Positions 38,000 to 47,848 of a DNA stretch of 64,000 nucleotides are shown here, piece by piece. The notes under the pieces were generated by a model, which saw only the letters and a list, made by a program, of their open reading frames with translations, was not told where the DNA came from and ran no database searches. Both the position numbers and the translations under genes were made by a program. This DNA is from Candidatus Obscuribacteraceae bacterium (GTDB lineage Bacteria; Cyanobacteriota; Vampirovibrionia; Obscuribacterales; Obscuribacteraceae): positions 64,001 through 128,000 of the forward strand of contig JBGAHS010000005.1 in assembly GCA_044226015.1 (NCBI GenBank). Reading direction: 5' to 3'. The first letter of the stretch is position 1. The number at the start of each line of letters is the position of its first letter.

Positions 38000-39526
38000 C
38001 TATAGCTTGATTTTTGCGAGTCCTGCTTTTGCAAGCTCAGCCAATTTTCCTTGCGGAACAAGCGTCAGAACCTGATTATAATCCTTCGCTGCTTCCGGAT
38101 AACGACGCATTCTCACATACACAACTGCTCGTGTATAAAACGCCTGCGGATTATTCGGTTGCTTCTTAATTTCCTTCGTCAGCAAATCCACGCCGTCCTG
38201 GTATTTGCCTGAATTCATGAGGCTGATAGCTTCACGCAAAGGATTGTAAGGAGCGTATTTGACCTCTTCCTTCTTTTCGTCTTTCTTGTCGGAATCCTTC
38301 TTATCTTTGTCGTCTTTCTTATCGGAATCCTTCTTATCTTTGTCGTCTTTCTTGTCGGAATCCTTCTTGTCTTTATCGTCTTTCTTGTCGGAATCCTTCT
38401 TGTCTTTATCGTCTTTCTTGTCGGAATCCTTCTTGTCTTTGTCGTCTTTCTTGTCGGACTCGTCCTTCTTGTCCTTGTCTTTATCCTTGTCGTCCTTCTT
38501 GTCGGCTTCGTCCTTCTTGTCTTTGTCTTCGCCCTCTTTCTTTTCGCCGCTTCCTTCTTTCTTTTCTTCGGTTCCTTCTTTAGTTCCTTCCTTTTTATCT
38601 CCGCCAATTACAGAGTTGATGCCAGGAAGACCGACCGCGTCGGCTTGAATAGGAAGTTGTGGTGTTCCAAAAGGAAGCGAGGATGTTCCAGGTTGTCGCC
38701 CTGGTTCACTTGAATCATCGCCGAGATTTTTCTGAATTGCTTCGGGGAATTGAGGTGTTTTGTTTGGCGAAGGATATTGAGGTTGCTGTTGAAACAACCC
38801 TTTCAAATAATTGGTTTTATCCGATGAGTCCTTTTCTGGAGGCGCATAGGGATCCTTCCATGTGGTTTGATAGATAGTCGAAGCTTCACCGGGGCTTCGC
38901 CCTGGAACAGAGCTGTCACTGCCCAGGTGGCTTGGTATTGCTTCTGGAAATTGCTGAGTTGTTCCTGGTGTTGGATACTGAGGTTGTTGTTGAAACAGTC
39001 CCTTAATTGGATTTACGGGAGTGATCTTCTCGTCTTTCTTGGTCTCGTAGGGATCTTTCCACTGCGTTTGGAAAACAGTTCCAGCTGTACCCGGGTTGCG
39101 CCCGGTTACATCGCTGTCTTTGCCCATGTTAGGCGATACTGCTTCGGGAAACATCTGGGTTGTTCCGGGGGTCGGATATTGCGGCTGCATCTGAAACAAA
39201 CCCTTTAACGGGTTCACTGGAGTGAACTCCTCGGGCTTAGCAGGTGTGCTGCCGCTTGGTACCGCCGATGGTAGTGCGGTTGCCGATGGCGCTGCTGGAC
39301 CACTCGATGGTGTGCTGGCAGCTGCAGGCGAAGATTTTTCGGATTCGAAAAGAGGTTTGCTCTCAGAGGGGGTGAATAATGGTGAGTCGCCGAATAACGA
39401 CTTACTAGAGGCATCAGAACCTTCATCGGCCATCACAGCTGCTGTCGAAGCTATAAGCCCAAGTGTCATGCTAAGAACCAGAGATTCTCTAAGCAATCTG
39501 CCTTTATTGCGTCGAACCAAACCCAT
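38000..39526 (-). CDS. Secreted repeat protein: three 67-aa repeats, Asp/Lys tract, C-terminal TPR
   Basis: Signal peptide; KGLFQ.QPQYP.P..T..FPEA repeats; (DSDKKDDKDKK)n; PNNPQAFYTRA..Y TPR. Confidence 0.85.
   Translation of the reverse strand: MGLVRRNKGRLLRESLVLSMTLGLIASTAAVMADEGSDASSKSLFGDSPLFTPSESKPLFESEKSSPAAASTPSSGPAAPSATALPSAVPSGSTPAKPEEFTPVNPLKGLFQMQPQYPTPGTTQMFPEAVSPNMGKDSDVTGRNPGTAGTVFQTQWKDPYETKKDEKITPVNPIKGLFQQQPQYPTPGTTQQFPEAIPSHLGSDSSVPGRSPGEASTIYQTTWKDPYAPPEKDSSDKTNYLKGLFQQQPQYPSPNKTPQFPEAIQKNLGDDSSEPGRQPGTSSLPFGTPQLPIQADAVGLPGINSVIGGDKKEGTKEGTEEKKEGSGEKKEGEDKDKKDEADKKDDKDKDKDKKDESDKKDDKDKKDSDKKDDKDKKDSDKKDDKDKKDSDKKDDKDKKDSDKKDDKDKKDSDKKDEKKEEVKYAPYNPLREAISLMNSGKYQDGVDLLTKEIKKQPNNPQAFYTRAVVYVRMRRYPEAAKDYNQVLTLVPQGKLAELAKAGLAKIKL
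38275..38525 (-). repeat. 33-bp coding tandem repeat encoding DSDKKDDKDKK (~5-7 units)
   Basis: TCTTTCTTGTCGGAATCCTTCTT(A/G)TCTTT(G/A)TCG repeated on +. Confidence 0.9.
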
Positions 39527-39791
39527 ACTGGAACCCCCAAAGATGCAAAGATTAACTGTTGTTAGTTTTCTTATTCAAGCGTACCGTTTAGGAGGTCATC
39601 TCGGCAAGGTGAAACGGCAAACTCTTTGCTAAATCACGCTGTTGTTACATTTGTAGCCGAGAGATTTCCTAATCGTATTTCACCCATTTTTGCCTTAATT
39701 CAATAGAAATAAGTATTGATTTTTCTAGTTGTCATGTGAGAATAAGGCTGGAATCATAGTTTTTGACAGCATTTAGATGAAGGAAGTCATC

Positions 39792-40454
39792 ATGAAAGCA
39801 AATTATCTCTGCGTGGCACTCATTTTGGGGATGTTTGCGAGTTGCAGCACAGTGTATGCTCAGCAGTTCTGGTACGTTCCTCACATCGATGAGGCAAAAA
39901 CGCCAGTAGAGCAGGTTTTACAGACTGATCTGGCAATGCCAGGTTTTGGAATCGGTTCCACAAGAGCGCAGCTCATCAAGCGATTTCAGTATTCTCTAGA
40001 GCATAAGTGGCTATCTGCAACCCAGGTCGAGCAATTTTGCAACGAGTTGAAGACGATCACCGACCGCGAGCAGGGGCAGCGTGATGATGGTGGAAAGCTC
40101 AGTTTTGAGTCGCGAGTGTCTCTGGCGAAACAACTCAATGAGTTGAATGATCGTTTTGAAGAACAAGTTTTAGTGCGCGAGCAGTCTAATCCCGGTTTAG
40201 ATGGACTGAGAGCTCGTCGAGCCATGATGATTCAGCGTGTGAATCGTGCTGTGGGAGACGGGAAGCTTACCTCACGGAAAGCAATTGAGCTGAAGGAAGA
40301 GATTTCTGCTGCGACTTCAGAGCTTCCAGAGAAAGATATTACTGATGATGCTGCAAAGAAGGTTTCCGCTGCATTGAGCGCAATCAACAACAACATCGAA
40401 GGACAATTGCGTCCGCCATCTGTAGCCAATAAGCCAGTGCCTTTCACGCGCTAA
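39792..40454 (+). CDS. Secreted helical-repeat hypothetical protein
   Basis: AGGAAG SD before ATG 39792; signal peptide ending VYA-Q; two repeats related to 13421-13762. Confidence 0.8.
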   Translation: MKANYLCVALILGMFASCSTVYAQQFWYVPHIDEAKTPVEQVLQTDLAMPGFGIGSTRAQLIKRFQYSLEHKWLSATQVEQFCNELKTITDREQGQRDDGGKLSFESRVSLAKQLNELNDRFEEQVLVREQSNPGLDGLRARRAMMIQRVNRAVGDGKLTSRKAIELKEEISAATSELPEKDITDDAAKKVSAALSAINNNIEGQLRPPSVANKPVPFTR

Positions 40455-40561
40455 AGTTTCAGTTCGCATCACAAATTTGTCACTGCACTCAAGTTCTCAT
40501 TTAAGAAAACCGAGTGTATATCTGGCGTATACGCAAACCCTTGCTCTAGCTCTCCGACCCG

Positions 40562-40678
40562 GAGTTTGGAGAAAATCTTCGCGCCTTTTGGCGGCAGAAA
40601 AACCATAGAACTCAAACGGTACCGGTCGAGTTTGAGAAAATCTTCGCGCCACTTGGCGGCAGAAAAACCATGGAACTC
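40562..40678. repeat. Two ~52-bp direct repeats, each a hairpin (candidate ncRNA)
   Basis: GAGTTTG(G)AGAAAATCTTCGCGCC[TT/AC]TTGGCGGCAGAAAAACCAT[A/G]GAACTC at 40562-40613 and 40628-40678. Confidence 0.9.
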
Positions 40679-40681
40679 CTC

Positions 40682-40716
40682 AAAAAGAAAGGGTAGCTTT
40701 CGCTACCCTCTTTATT
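40682..40716. terminator. Intrinsic terminator, stronger on the - strand and possibly bidirectional
   Basis: AAAAAGAAA-GGGTAGC-TTTC-GCTACCC-TCTTTATT. Confidence 0.8.
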
Positions 40717-40772
40717 CCGTAAACAGGCGCGATTTCGCGTTGACGCCTGGTTATGGAAATTCTTTTGGACGA

Positions 40773-41087
40773 TTAGTTAGCCAATGAAGCTGGGCTCGGT
40801 ACTACAGCGGCTGTAGCAAATGGCATTTCTGCTGCTGCTGCCTCTGTCTTAGTCTCCGCCAATTTGAGCAAGTCAGAGACTGACAAGCCCAATCCGAGAG
40901 CAAGTCTGAACAAGCTTCTCAGAGATAAATTGCGGCGACCTGCTTCAATATCACTTATGTAAGTTCTGTGTAGATCGGCCCGATTTCCAAGCTCTTCTTG
41001 AGATACGCCCAAACTAATTCTGCGTTCTCTGATTGCCCTTGAAATCGCGACTGTCAGCAAAGAAGATGCATCTGCTGCTCTAGCCAT
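40773..41087 (-). CDS. XRE-family HTH transcriptional regulator
   Basis: IRERRISLGVSQEELG.RADLHRTYISDIEAGRRNLSL; GGAGG SD before ATG 41087. Confidence 0.93.
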   Translation of the reverse strand: MARAADASSLLTVAISRAIRERRISLGVSQEELGNRADLHRTYISDIEAGRRNLSLRSLFRLALGLGLSVSDLLKLAETKTEAAAAEMPFATAAVVPSPASLAN

Positions 41088-41228
41088 CGCGTTTCCCTCC
41101 ATACCATGGGATATTTCACTTCGCATAATTGCGAACATGATTGCAGTCTACAAAGCGTACGTGAATAGAAAGTGAATTTTCAATGGAAAAAATGGAGAAA
41201 CTATGGAGAAGATCTGCATATAGTGATC

Positions 41229-41257
41229 TTGACATCGGGTTTTGATCTATCTATTCT
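41229..41257 (+). promoter_or_regulatory. Sigma70-type promoter
   Basis: TTGACA (41229-41234), 17-bp spacer, TATTCT (41252-41257). Confidence 0.7.
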
Positions 41258-41275
41258 CTACCTTAAGTACTTTTG

Positions 41276-42175
41276 ATGAGCCTTACTAAGATGTTTCCGA
41301 ACCGGTCGATTTCACTGCTCTCCATATTTTTTGCAGCGTCTTTGACACTTACTCCTGCAGTCGTCTCCGCCCAGAATTACGGCTACGACAATTCGAGTCA
41401 GTTTCAACAGCAGCAGCCAGCCCAGGGTCAGCAAGCCTACCAGGGCTATCAGTCCGATCCCGGACAACAGGCATTCGGAGGCGACCCCAATGGCGGTTAC
41501 CAGAATCAACAGCCGCAACAACAGCAGCAGCAACAATATCCGAGCCAATCTTACGGCGGTGACCAATATGGAAATCCACAAGGTGATCAAACTTACTATG
41601 GCTATGCCGCTGATGCCCAGAGAAATGGAGCACAGGTCAACTCCCAGCCTCCACCGCAGTATGGAAATCAACAACCTGTGTATGGACAGCAAGGAAATCC
41701 AGGTCAACAATCAGCCAGTAACCAACCGGCCAACCTGCAGCAATTTCTTGATGAGTCAGATAAGCAGCAAGCAAATAAAGGTGGAAAGCAGGCCAAGCCG
41801 AAGTCTGCTGGTCCTAATAAGTTAGTTCAGGCCGGAAGCTCCCTTGCAAAGGTCGGGGGCAATATGGCTATTGGTTATTTCATGGGTAAAGCCATGCAGC
41901 GAAACGCCACGAATATGGGCGTTCCGAAGCGTATGACTCGCAGTATGCCTATGACCGGAATGATGGGTGGACTAGCCGGAAATCCGATGGCTGCCGCTCA
42001 GATGCCGATGATGGGCGGAGGCGGCTATTATCCCAACTACGGTTACGGCGGGGGATACCCACCGCCGCCAGGTTATGGTGGATACCCACCACCTTATTAT
42101 CCTGGAAACGGATATGGAGCACCGATGGGCGCCAACGTTATGACCGGGCTCAATAACCTGGTAAATCAGCGATAA
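41276..42175 (+). CDS. Secreted Gln/Gly/Tyr/Pro-rich low-complexity protein
   Basis: Signal peptide ending VSA-Q; QQQ/YG tracts, GGYPPP tail; start could be 41291. Confidence 0.8.
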   Translation: MSLTKMFPNRSISLLSIFFAASLTLTPAVVSAQNYGYDNSSQFQQQQPAQGQQAYQGYQSDPGQQAFGGDPNGGYQNQQPQQQQQQQYPSQSYGGDQYGNPQGDQTYYGYAADAQRNGAQVNSQPPPQYGNQQPVYGQQGNPGQQSASNQPANLQQFLDESDKQQANKGGKQAKPKSAGPNKLVQAGSSLAKVGGNMAIGYFMGKAMQRNATNMGVPKRMTRSMPMTGMMGGLAGNPMAAAQMPMMGGGGYYPNYGYGGGYPPPPGYGGYPPPYYPGNGYGAPMGANVMTGLNNLVNQR

Positions 42176-42249
42176 GACCTGGTGTATCAGCAATTAAGCT
42201 AATTTTGGGAGTTTTGCTTGGAGTTTTCTTTTAGTTCTGGATTGCAGAG

Positions 42250-42936
42250 CTAAATCAGACCCCTGCGCATTGCTTTTACTGCTGCTTCCGTTCTGCCAGA
42301 AACCGCAAGCTTTTCCAGAATGTGCTCTACGTGAGTACGAACCGTAGACACGCCGATAACCAGCCTGTCAGCGATTTCCTTGTTGCTGAGTCCATCAACC
42401 ATTAACTTCAGTACTTCGGTTTCCCTTTGAGAGAGAGGCGAAATCATTTCGTCGGTTTTGTTTGGCTCTACGGCAACTTGCGCAACACCGCCCGCTGCGC
42501 CATCTTTAGCAAAAATTGTCAGCACTTTGCTGGCAATTCGCGGGTCGAGCCAGGCAGCGCCCTCTGAAACACTCAGAATTGCTCGCTTGAGTCGGTCGGG
42601 GCTCAAATCCTTCAAACAGTAACCGTTTGCACCAGCAGCCAGTGACGCGAAAATCTCCTGGTCGTTATCATGAGATGTAAGCATGATGATTTTCGTGTTG
42701 GGACGTTTCTCTCTGACCTGGCGGGTGGCTTCAATGCCATCGATGCCTGGCAGACCAATGTCCATAATCACAACATCTGGGTCTGCGTTAGCTATTTTGT
42801 TTACGGCTGTCAAGCCATCGGCAGCTTCGCCTACAACTTCGAATTGTCCATCTTTGTGGAGTGCTGCTCTGAGACCATCTCGCAGGAGTTCGTGGTCTTC
42901 AACAAGAAAAACTTTTACTGCAGCTGTGCTGCTCAT
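42250..42936 (-). CDS. NarL/LuxR-family response regulator
   Basis: LVEDH, DVVIMDIGLPGIDG, LSQRETEVL.L...GLSNKEIA..L...TVRTHV. Confidence 0.96.
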   Translation of the reverse strand: MSSTAAVKVFLVEDHELLRDGLRAALHKDGQFEVVGEAADGLTAVNKIANADPDVVIMDIGLPGIDGIEATRQVREKRPNTKIIMLTSHDNDQEIFASLAAGANGYCLKDLSPDRLKRAILSVSEGAAWLDPRIASKVLTIFAKDGAAGGVAQVAVEPNKTDEMISPLSQRETEVLKLMVDGLSNKEIADRLVIGVSTVRTHVEHILEKLAVSGRTEAAVKAMRRGLI

Positions 42937-43040
42937 GGCAGCCCCCTTTCGAAAAATCGTGTGAACGCAGACTATGTCTTTAGATATTATATTGCCACTG
43001 GGTTCATATTTTTAGTCCACACCCCAAAAGAAAGAGCCAT

Positions 43041-44114
43041 ATGAAAATCCTGATTGCAGATGATGATCCCCACTCATTGCGTTTGCTCAGATTGATTCTA
43101 TTGAAAGACGGCTATGAGGTTGTAACTGCCAGCAATGGCAAAGAGGCTCTTGCAATCCTCGAGCAGAGAGATTCGCCGCGCCTGGTTGTTTTAGATTGGA
43201 TGATGCCAGATGTTGATGGATTGACAATTTGTCGGAAGATTCGGGCTGCTGAAACAGAGGATGAATACCGGTACATCGTGCTTGTCACCGCGCGTGGTGA
43301 GACGGAAGATTTGGTTACTGGCATGAATGCTGGTGCAGATGACTACATTGTGAAACCCTTTCACGAGTCAGAATTAAAAGTAAGACTCAGGGCTGGGAAG
43401 AGAATTCTCGACTTGCACAAGCAGTTGCTTGAGCGAACTCAAACAGTGCAGGACTTTGTATATGCATTTTCCCACGACATGCGTACACCGCTAATCGCGA
43501 TCAATCTAACCATGTCACAGGCTATTGAAGGCATTTTTGGCGACATGACAAATGAGTATGTGAACATACTTCGGAAATCAAAGCGTTCAATTCAAGAATT
43601 GATGAATATGGCGGATACACTGCTTATGGTGGCACGCTATGAATACAATCAGAAAGCTCTGGAAAACAACTCGATTGATTTGAATCAAACTGCGCGTGCT
43701 TGTGCTGAAGAACTTGAACCTATTGCGGCTAGTAAGGGCATAAAGATTAAAGTGTCGTCGCCTGAGACTCGTCCAGTAATTAATGGAGACGCGCAGTCAC
43801 TGCGGCGTTTGTTTATCAACCTGATAGACAATGCAGTTAAATTCAGTCCTGAGGGCAGCTCGATCAAAGTTAGCTTTGAAAATTCGGGAAACAAAATAAT
43901 CACGTCAATCATTGACTCCGGACAGGGTGTGCCTGAGGAAGAACAGAACTTGTTGTTTCAACGCTTTTCCAGTAAAACTCGGCGAAAAGGCAGTGGTACT
44001 GGACTCGGTTTGTATCTCTGCAAGAGAATTGCGGAGGATCATGGGGGAGATTTGACTTACAGGCTAGATGCTTCTGTAGGCAGCGCTTTTGTATTAGAAC
44101 TGCCAGTTAGCTAA
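43041..44114 (+). CDS. Cytoplasmic hybrid kinase (REC-HisKA-HATPase)
   Basis: ILIADDD, LDWMMP, FSHDMRTPL, NLIDNAVKF, DSGQG, GTGLGL. Confidence 0.94.
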   Translation: MKILIADDDPHSLRLLRLILLKDGYEVVTASNGKEALAILEQRDSPRLVVLDWMMPDVDGLTICRKIRAAETEDEYRYIVLVTARGETEDLVTGMNAGADDYIVKPFHESELKVRLRAGKRILDLHKQLLERTQTVQDFVYAFSHDMRTPLIAINLTMSQAIEGIFGDMTNEYVNILRKSKRSIQELMNMADTLLMVARYEYNQKALENNSIDLNQTARACAEELEPIAASKGIKIKVSSPETRPVINGDAQSLRRLFINLIDNAVKFSPEGSSIKVSFENSGNKIITSIIDSGQGVPEEEQNLLFQRFSSKTRRKGSGTGLGLYLCKRIAEDHGGDLTYRLDASVGSAFVLELPVS

Positions 44115-44242
44115 ATCTTTTGACGTTTCAAAAATTTTTCAGAACTCCTGAATATTATACCAACATGAAAACGGGCTGCGGTTTACGCTACAACCCTGCC
44201 AACTCCAACTCCGCCGTAACCCGTTTTCGTTTACTACTTTTG

Positions 44243-46000
44243 TTAAAACTTCTTGCCAAAGTGTTTTTCTAGAGTCGCGATGTCTTTTGTCCAATTCATC
44301 ATCGCTACGTCATCTGGAAACTTGCCTGCGAAATCTTTGAGCAAAATGCTTTGCCCTTCTTTTGCAACAATCTCTGAAATGTCATACAAATGACTGGCAT
44401 TTGAAAATGACAACATCAAGACAATGTATTTATATGCTTCAACTCTCTGGTCGTGAGGCGCGACCTTCAATACGGCAACTGTTTCCTGGGCAAGTTTGAG
44501 AGCCTCATCTCTGTTTCCATATTTGATATAGGTGATGAATAGAGTTGCTTGATACGCGACATAACGTGGATCGTGCGGGTCTAAGCGTTTCAGCTGCTGC
44601 GCTGTAACGGCCTGTTGAAGTTCCATATCCATATCATGGTGACCCAGAGAACCGAGTAATCGTGCTGTTTCTAGAATCGCAGCAAATGCTCGCTTGTTCG
44701 TCATGTGTTTCAATTTCAAAATCTTGTAAAGTTGAAGGGCCCGTTGTTCGGCAGCAGCTGTGTTGTTAGATAGTGCTTCGGCTTTCGCTGCAAGGGCCAG
44801 CGTTTCACAGGATTGAATGCTGTTGGGTCCGTATTCAAGAAAACGGAAATTATATTGTTCGGAAAGAATAGTTAGCGCCTGCGGACATTTGCCTTTTAAC
44901 AGAAGCACATTTGCATACGCTGTCAGAATAATGTCGTAGTCTCTGTCATAAGGCAAGTGCTTCTCCCTCATGTATCTGGCTGCAGCCAGGCATGTTCGTT
45001 CAACATCATCGGTTTTGTTGAGTTTTAACTGAGCTTGAGCCAGGCAAGACAGACAGTGCATTACGCGCCTGTCCTCGAAAATAGAGTTTTTAGCATTCTC
45101 AAAAGCCTGTTTGTAATAGGTTTCGGCTGTTTCAAAGTCGTTGTTCTTGAAGGCAGCACTTCCTTCAGAAAGCATCTTGGTGCAACTTGCATCACTAACT
45201 AGTTTTTGGGCTTCGTCATTTCTTCCCATTTCTTTCAGTACATTGAGATAACCATCACGAATGTCGACTAGCAAGAACTCAGTGCAATGTGAGGCGGCTG
45301 CGTACTGTAGTGAACGCTGATATGCATCAGAGGCGGCATCAAAATTCTTTGTTTGGACTGAAACTTGAGCCAGTCCGATGAGGCTATTTACTAGCTCTTG
45401 GCCGAGTTGCGAATCTTCGATGTTCCATTTATCGCCACTGATCATTGACTGATAAATTCCCGCAGCCTTTGCAAACGCGTTAGCCGCGTCATTAAAATTG
45501 TCGTTGCTCGCGTAAAGGTCTGCCATATGAGCAAGCGCGTTAGCGAGATCTTCACGGGTTAGCTTTCGTAGCAAATCGTACTCTACCATCTCAAATTTGC
45601 TTCCGTCGCTCATTTTGACATTTTGCTGTTTTGCATAATATTCTTCGGCACTTTCCAGTACCTTGATCGCTTTTTTGTATGCCGATTGGGCTGCTTTGTA
45701 TTGATTTTGTGCTTTGCATACGTCGCCCAAAACGGTGTAGCTTACACCGAGTCTGAAGTCAGATTCCCCAAATCCCTCTGCTTGAGAAACCGCTTCCTCT
45801 GCTAAGTTTCTTGCAGATTTATACTGGTGTTTTTTCAGGGATTGCATGGCGCCAATTCGGCATTTCTCCCAGAAACGCAGGCGATATTCCCGATCGAAGT
45901 TATTTACACTGCAACTGGTCAGCCCCAGGCAAATTAGCAGTCCGATGGCTGCTCTTTTCCGGTTTTGTCCCTGGGTAATTCTCAAGACGAACTTTTCCAT
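44243..46000 (-). CDS. TPR-repeat putative lipoprotein
   Basis: Leader ending GLTS-C; multiple TPR-like helices; N-terminal motif shared with 23089-24225. Confidence 0.82.
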   Translation of the reverse strand: MEKFVLRITQGQNRKRAAIGLLICLGLTSCSVNNFDREYRLRFWEKCRIGAMQSLKKHQYKSARNLAEEAVSQAEGFGESDFRLGVSYTVLGDVCKAQNQYKAAQSAYKKAIKVLESAEEYYAKQQNVKMSDGSKFEMVEYDLLRKLTREDLANALAHMADLYASNDNFNDAANAFAKAAGIYQSMISGDKWNIEDSQLGQELVNSLIGLAQVSVQTKNFDAASDAYQRSLQYAAASHCTEFLLVDIRDGYLNVLKEMGRNDEAQKLVSDASCTKMLSEGSAAFKNNDFETAETYYKQAFENAKNSIFEDRRVMHCLSCLAQAQLKLNKTDDVERTCLAAARYMREKHLPYDRDYDIILTAYANVLLLKGKCPQALTILSEQYNFRFLEYGPNSIQSCETLALAAKAEALSNNTAAAEQRALQLYKILKLKHMTNKRAFAAILETARLLGSLGHHDMDMELQQAVTAQQLKRLDPHDPRYVAYQATLFITYIKYGNRDEALKLAQETVAVLKVAPHDQRVEAYKYIVLMLSFSNASHLYDISEIVAKEGQSILLKDFAGKFPDDVAMMNWTKDIATLEKHFGKKF

Positions 46001-46099
46001 CACTTGTGTAGCAGAATTATCATGCCCAATTACCAGGGGTTTGATATTGGGGTAATCCGTGGCAATATTAAATGGGCTAAGTCCTTTGTGGAGAGTTTC

Positions 46100-46774
46100 A
46101 TGGCTAAGATCCTGCTTGTCGAGGATGATTCTGATCTTTCCGGAAGAGTATGTGAATGGCTAGCTTTCGAACAGCATGCAGTTGAGGCAGTGTTCGATGG
46201 GGGCGAAGCTACCGAGCGGCTCAAATTTTATCAGTATGAGCTGATTATTCTTGACTGGGATTTGCCAAAAAAGCCGGGAATTGACGTATGCAAGGAATTC
46301 CGCGGGCGAGGTGGCTTGACACCCATTTTAATGTTGACTGGAAAAGGTACGGTTAACGATAAGGAAATAGGTTTAGACGCAGGTGCAGACGATTACCTGA
46401 CCAAACCGTTTCACTTGAAAGAATTATCGGCCAGAATCAGAGCGCTGCTCAGGCGCCCAGCAACATTCACCGGTACAACTCTGAAAATTGGGACCCTGGA
46501 AATCGATCCATCGAGCCATCAGCTTACCGTTGATGGTCGAGAGGTTAATTTGTTGCCTAAGGAATACGCGATTCTGGAATTCCTCATGAGGCACCCAAAT
46601 GAAGTGTTCAGTCCTGATGCTCTATTGAATCGTGTCTGGAATTCAGAAAGCGACGCTTCTACTGATACCGTTTACACATATATCAAAACCCTGCGCAAGA
46701 AGGTGTCGCCTGATGCACCATCTTCCATTATCAAAACTGTACATGGTGTCGGCTATAAATTGGAAAGTAAGTAA
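46100..46774 (+). CDS. OmpR-family response regulator
   Basis: ATG 46100 with GGAG SD; ILLVEDD, LDWDLP, DDYLTKPF, IKTVHGVGY. Confidence 0.96.
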   Translation: MAKILLVEDDSDLSGRVCEWLAFEQHAVEAVFDGGEATERLKFYQYELIILDWDLPKKPGIDVCKEFRGRGGLTPILMLTGKGTVNDKEIGLDAGADDYLTKPFHLKELSARIRALLRRPATFTGTTLKIGTLEIDPSSHQLTVDGREVNLLPKEYAILEFLMRHPNEVFSPDALLNRVWNSESDASTDTVYTYIKTLRKKVSPDAPSSIIKTVHGVGYKLESK

Positions 46775-46776
46775 AC

Positions 46777-46830
46777 AAGCCACATCTAAGTGTTAGCTGT
46801 GGCTTTGATTTGATTTGATTTGATTGATGA
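46777..46830. terminator. Terminator-like hairpin followed by a short (TTTGA)n microsatellite
   Basis: AAGCCACA-T-CTAA-GTG-TTAG-C-TGTGGCTT then TGATTTGATTTGATTTGATT, between convergent genes. Confidence 0.65.
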
Positions 46831-46832
46831 CT

Positions 46833-47477
46833 TCACGCTAAAAGCTTGTTGCTGTGAAAATTCACTTCATCATAATAATCAATTGAACGTGCTTTTGTTT
46901 TGCGCTCGGTATTCTGGTTCGCTCTTCTTTCTCCGCGTGGATTCTCAATGGTTTCTGAGCGATTCATTTCTTGGGGGCGACTCGACGATCCGTCCGTAGA
47001 TGGTACTGTAGGCGGTGGCTGGTCTTGGGGGCGGGCAGCATCGTTTCTTCTAGTGCGTTCTTTGTTAGGTTCATTTTCTGACCTTTGATTGACTTCACCC
47101 TGATGAAATCGATAAGGGTCATTTTTGTTTTCACTTGAATCTGGCTTGTTTTCATCTTGTTTCTTAAAAACCTTGCTCTGACCCTGGTTCTCGACACCAT
47201 AACTCGCTGTCAGCTTACCATGTTGATCAACTTGATAGAGTTTGTGTGCTGACCCCTGCTTATTGTCGGCAATCAGTAAATGTCCGCTAGAATCTTGTCC
47301 GACAATGTTCAGCCCAGGCAGTAAGCCACCTCTGTGCAACTCATTGTTCAATTTTGCAAGGTCTAAATCGTTGGCTTTGGTATTGGTCTTGCGAAACATC
47401 TCGACAGATATCGCCGTCGCCGCTTTGTCAGGCATTAGCTGATCGCCAGTTTTTACTTGCTGTTCAAATCTACTCAT
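46833..47477 (-). CDS. Hypothetical protein
   Basis: GGAGA SD; 214-aa ORF with a disordered C-terminal half. Confidence 0.72.
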   Translation of the reverse strand: MSRFEQQVKTGDQLMPDKAATAISVEMFRKTNTKANDLDLAKLNNELHRGGLLPGLNIVGQDSSGHLLIADNKQGSAHKLYQVDQHGKLTASYGVENQGQSKVFKKQDENKPDSSENKNDPYRFHQGEVNQRSENEPNKERTRRNDAARPQDQPPPTVPSTDGSSSRPQEMNRSETIENPRGERRANQNTERKTKARSIDYYDEVNFHSNKLLA

Positions 47478-47848
47478 TGTTGTTCTCCGAATTGAGTTTG
47501 CTCATTTTGCTGGAGAGTCACGGCGAAATAAGTTCGTTTTTGTGGCAATTTTGGGTCACGGCATAAAATCTCAAGACGTGCACCATTCTTTAGTCATACA
47601 TCAAATGATGGCGACTCGACGAAGCAACGATTTGAGCAGGACGATTTAAGGATAAGACCGGAATTTGTCACAAAGATGAACCATTTCTGATCTTCTGTTT
47701 CTGCACAATCAAGGTACTGAAAACAAATTGTCTCTCCACGAAAGGAGAAGAAGAGTTACCCCTTGAGAAAGCCTCAAATGCATTTTCAAGGATTTTTCAA
47801 AAGTGGCAGTTAAATTGGTTAGACCAGGTAAAGGACGGGCTTATTTCG

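Noticed and set aside
38215..38648. Alternative ORFs (RRIPTRK and FLSLSS repeats)
   Set aside because: Shadows of the 33-bp Asp/Lys repeat.
40562..40678. Mini-CRISPR or attachment site
   Set aside because: Only two copies separated by 14 bp; no cas gene, integrase or tRNA nearby.
40773..41087. Restriction-modification controller or prophage repressor context
   Set aside because: The HTH resembles controller proteins, but no methylase, nuclease or phage gene is adjacent.
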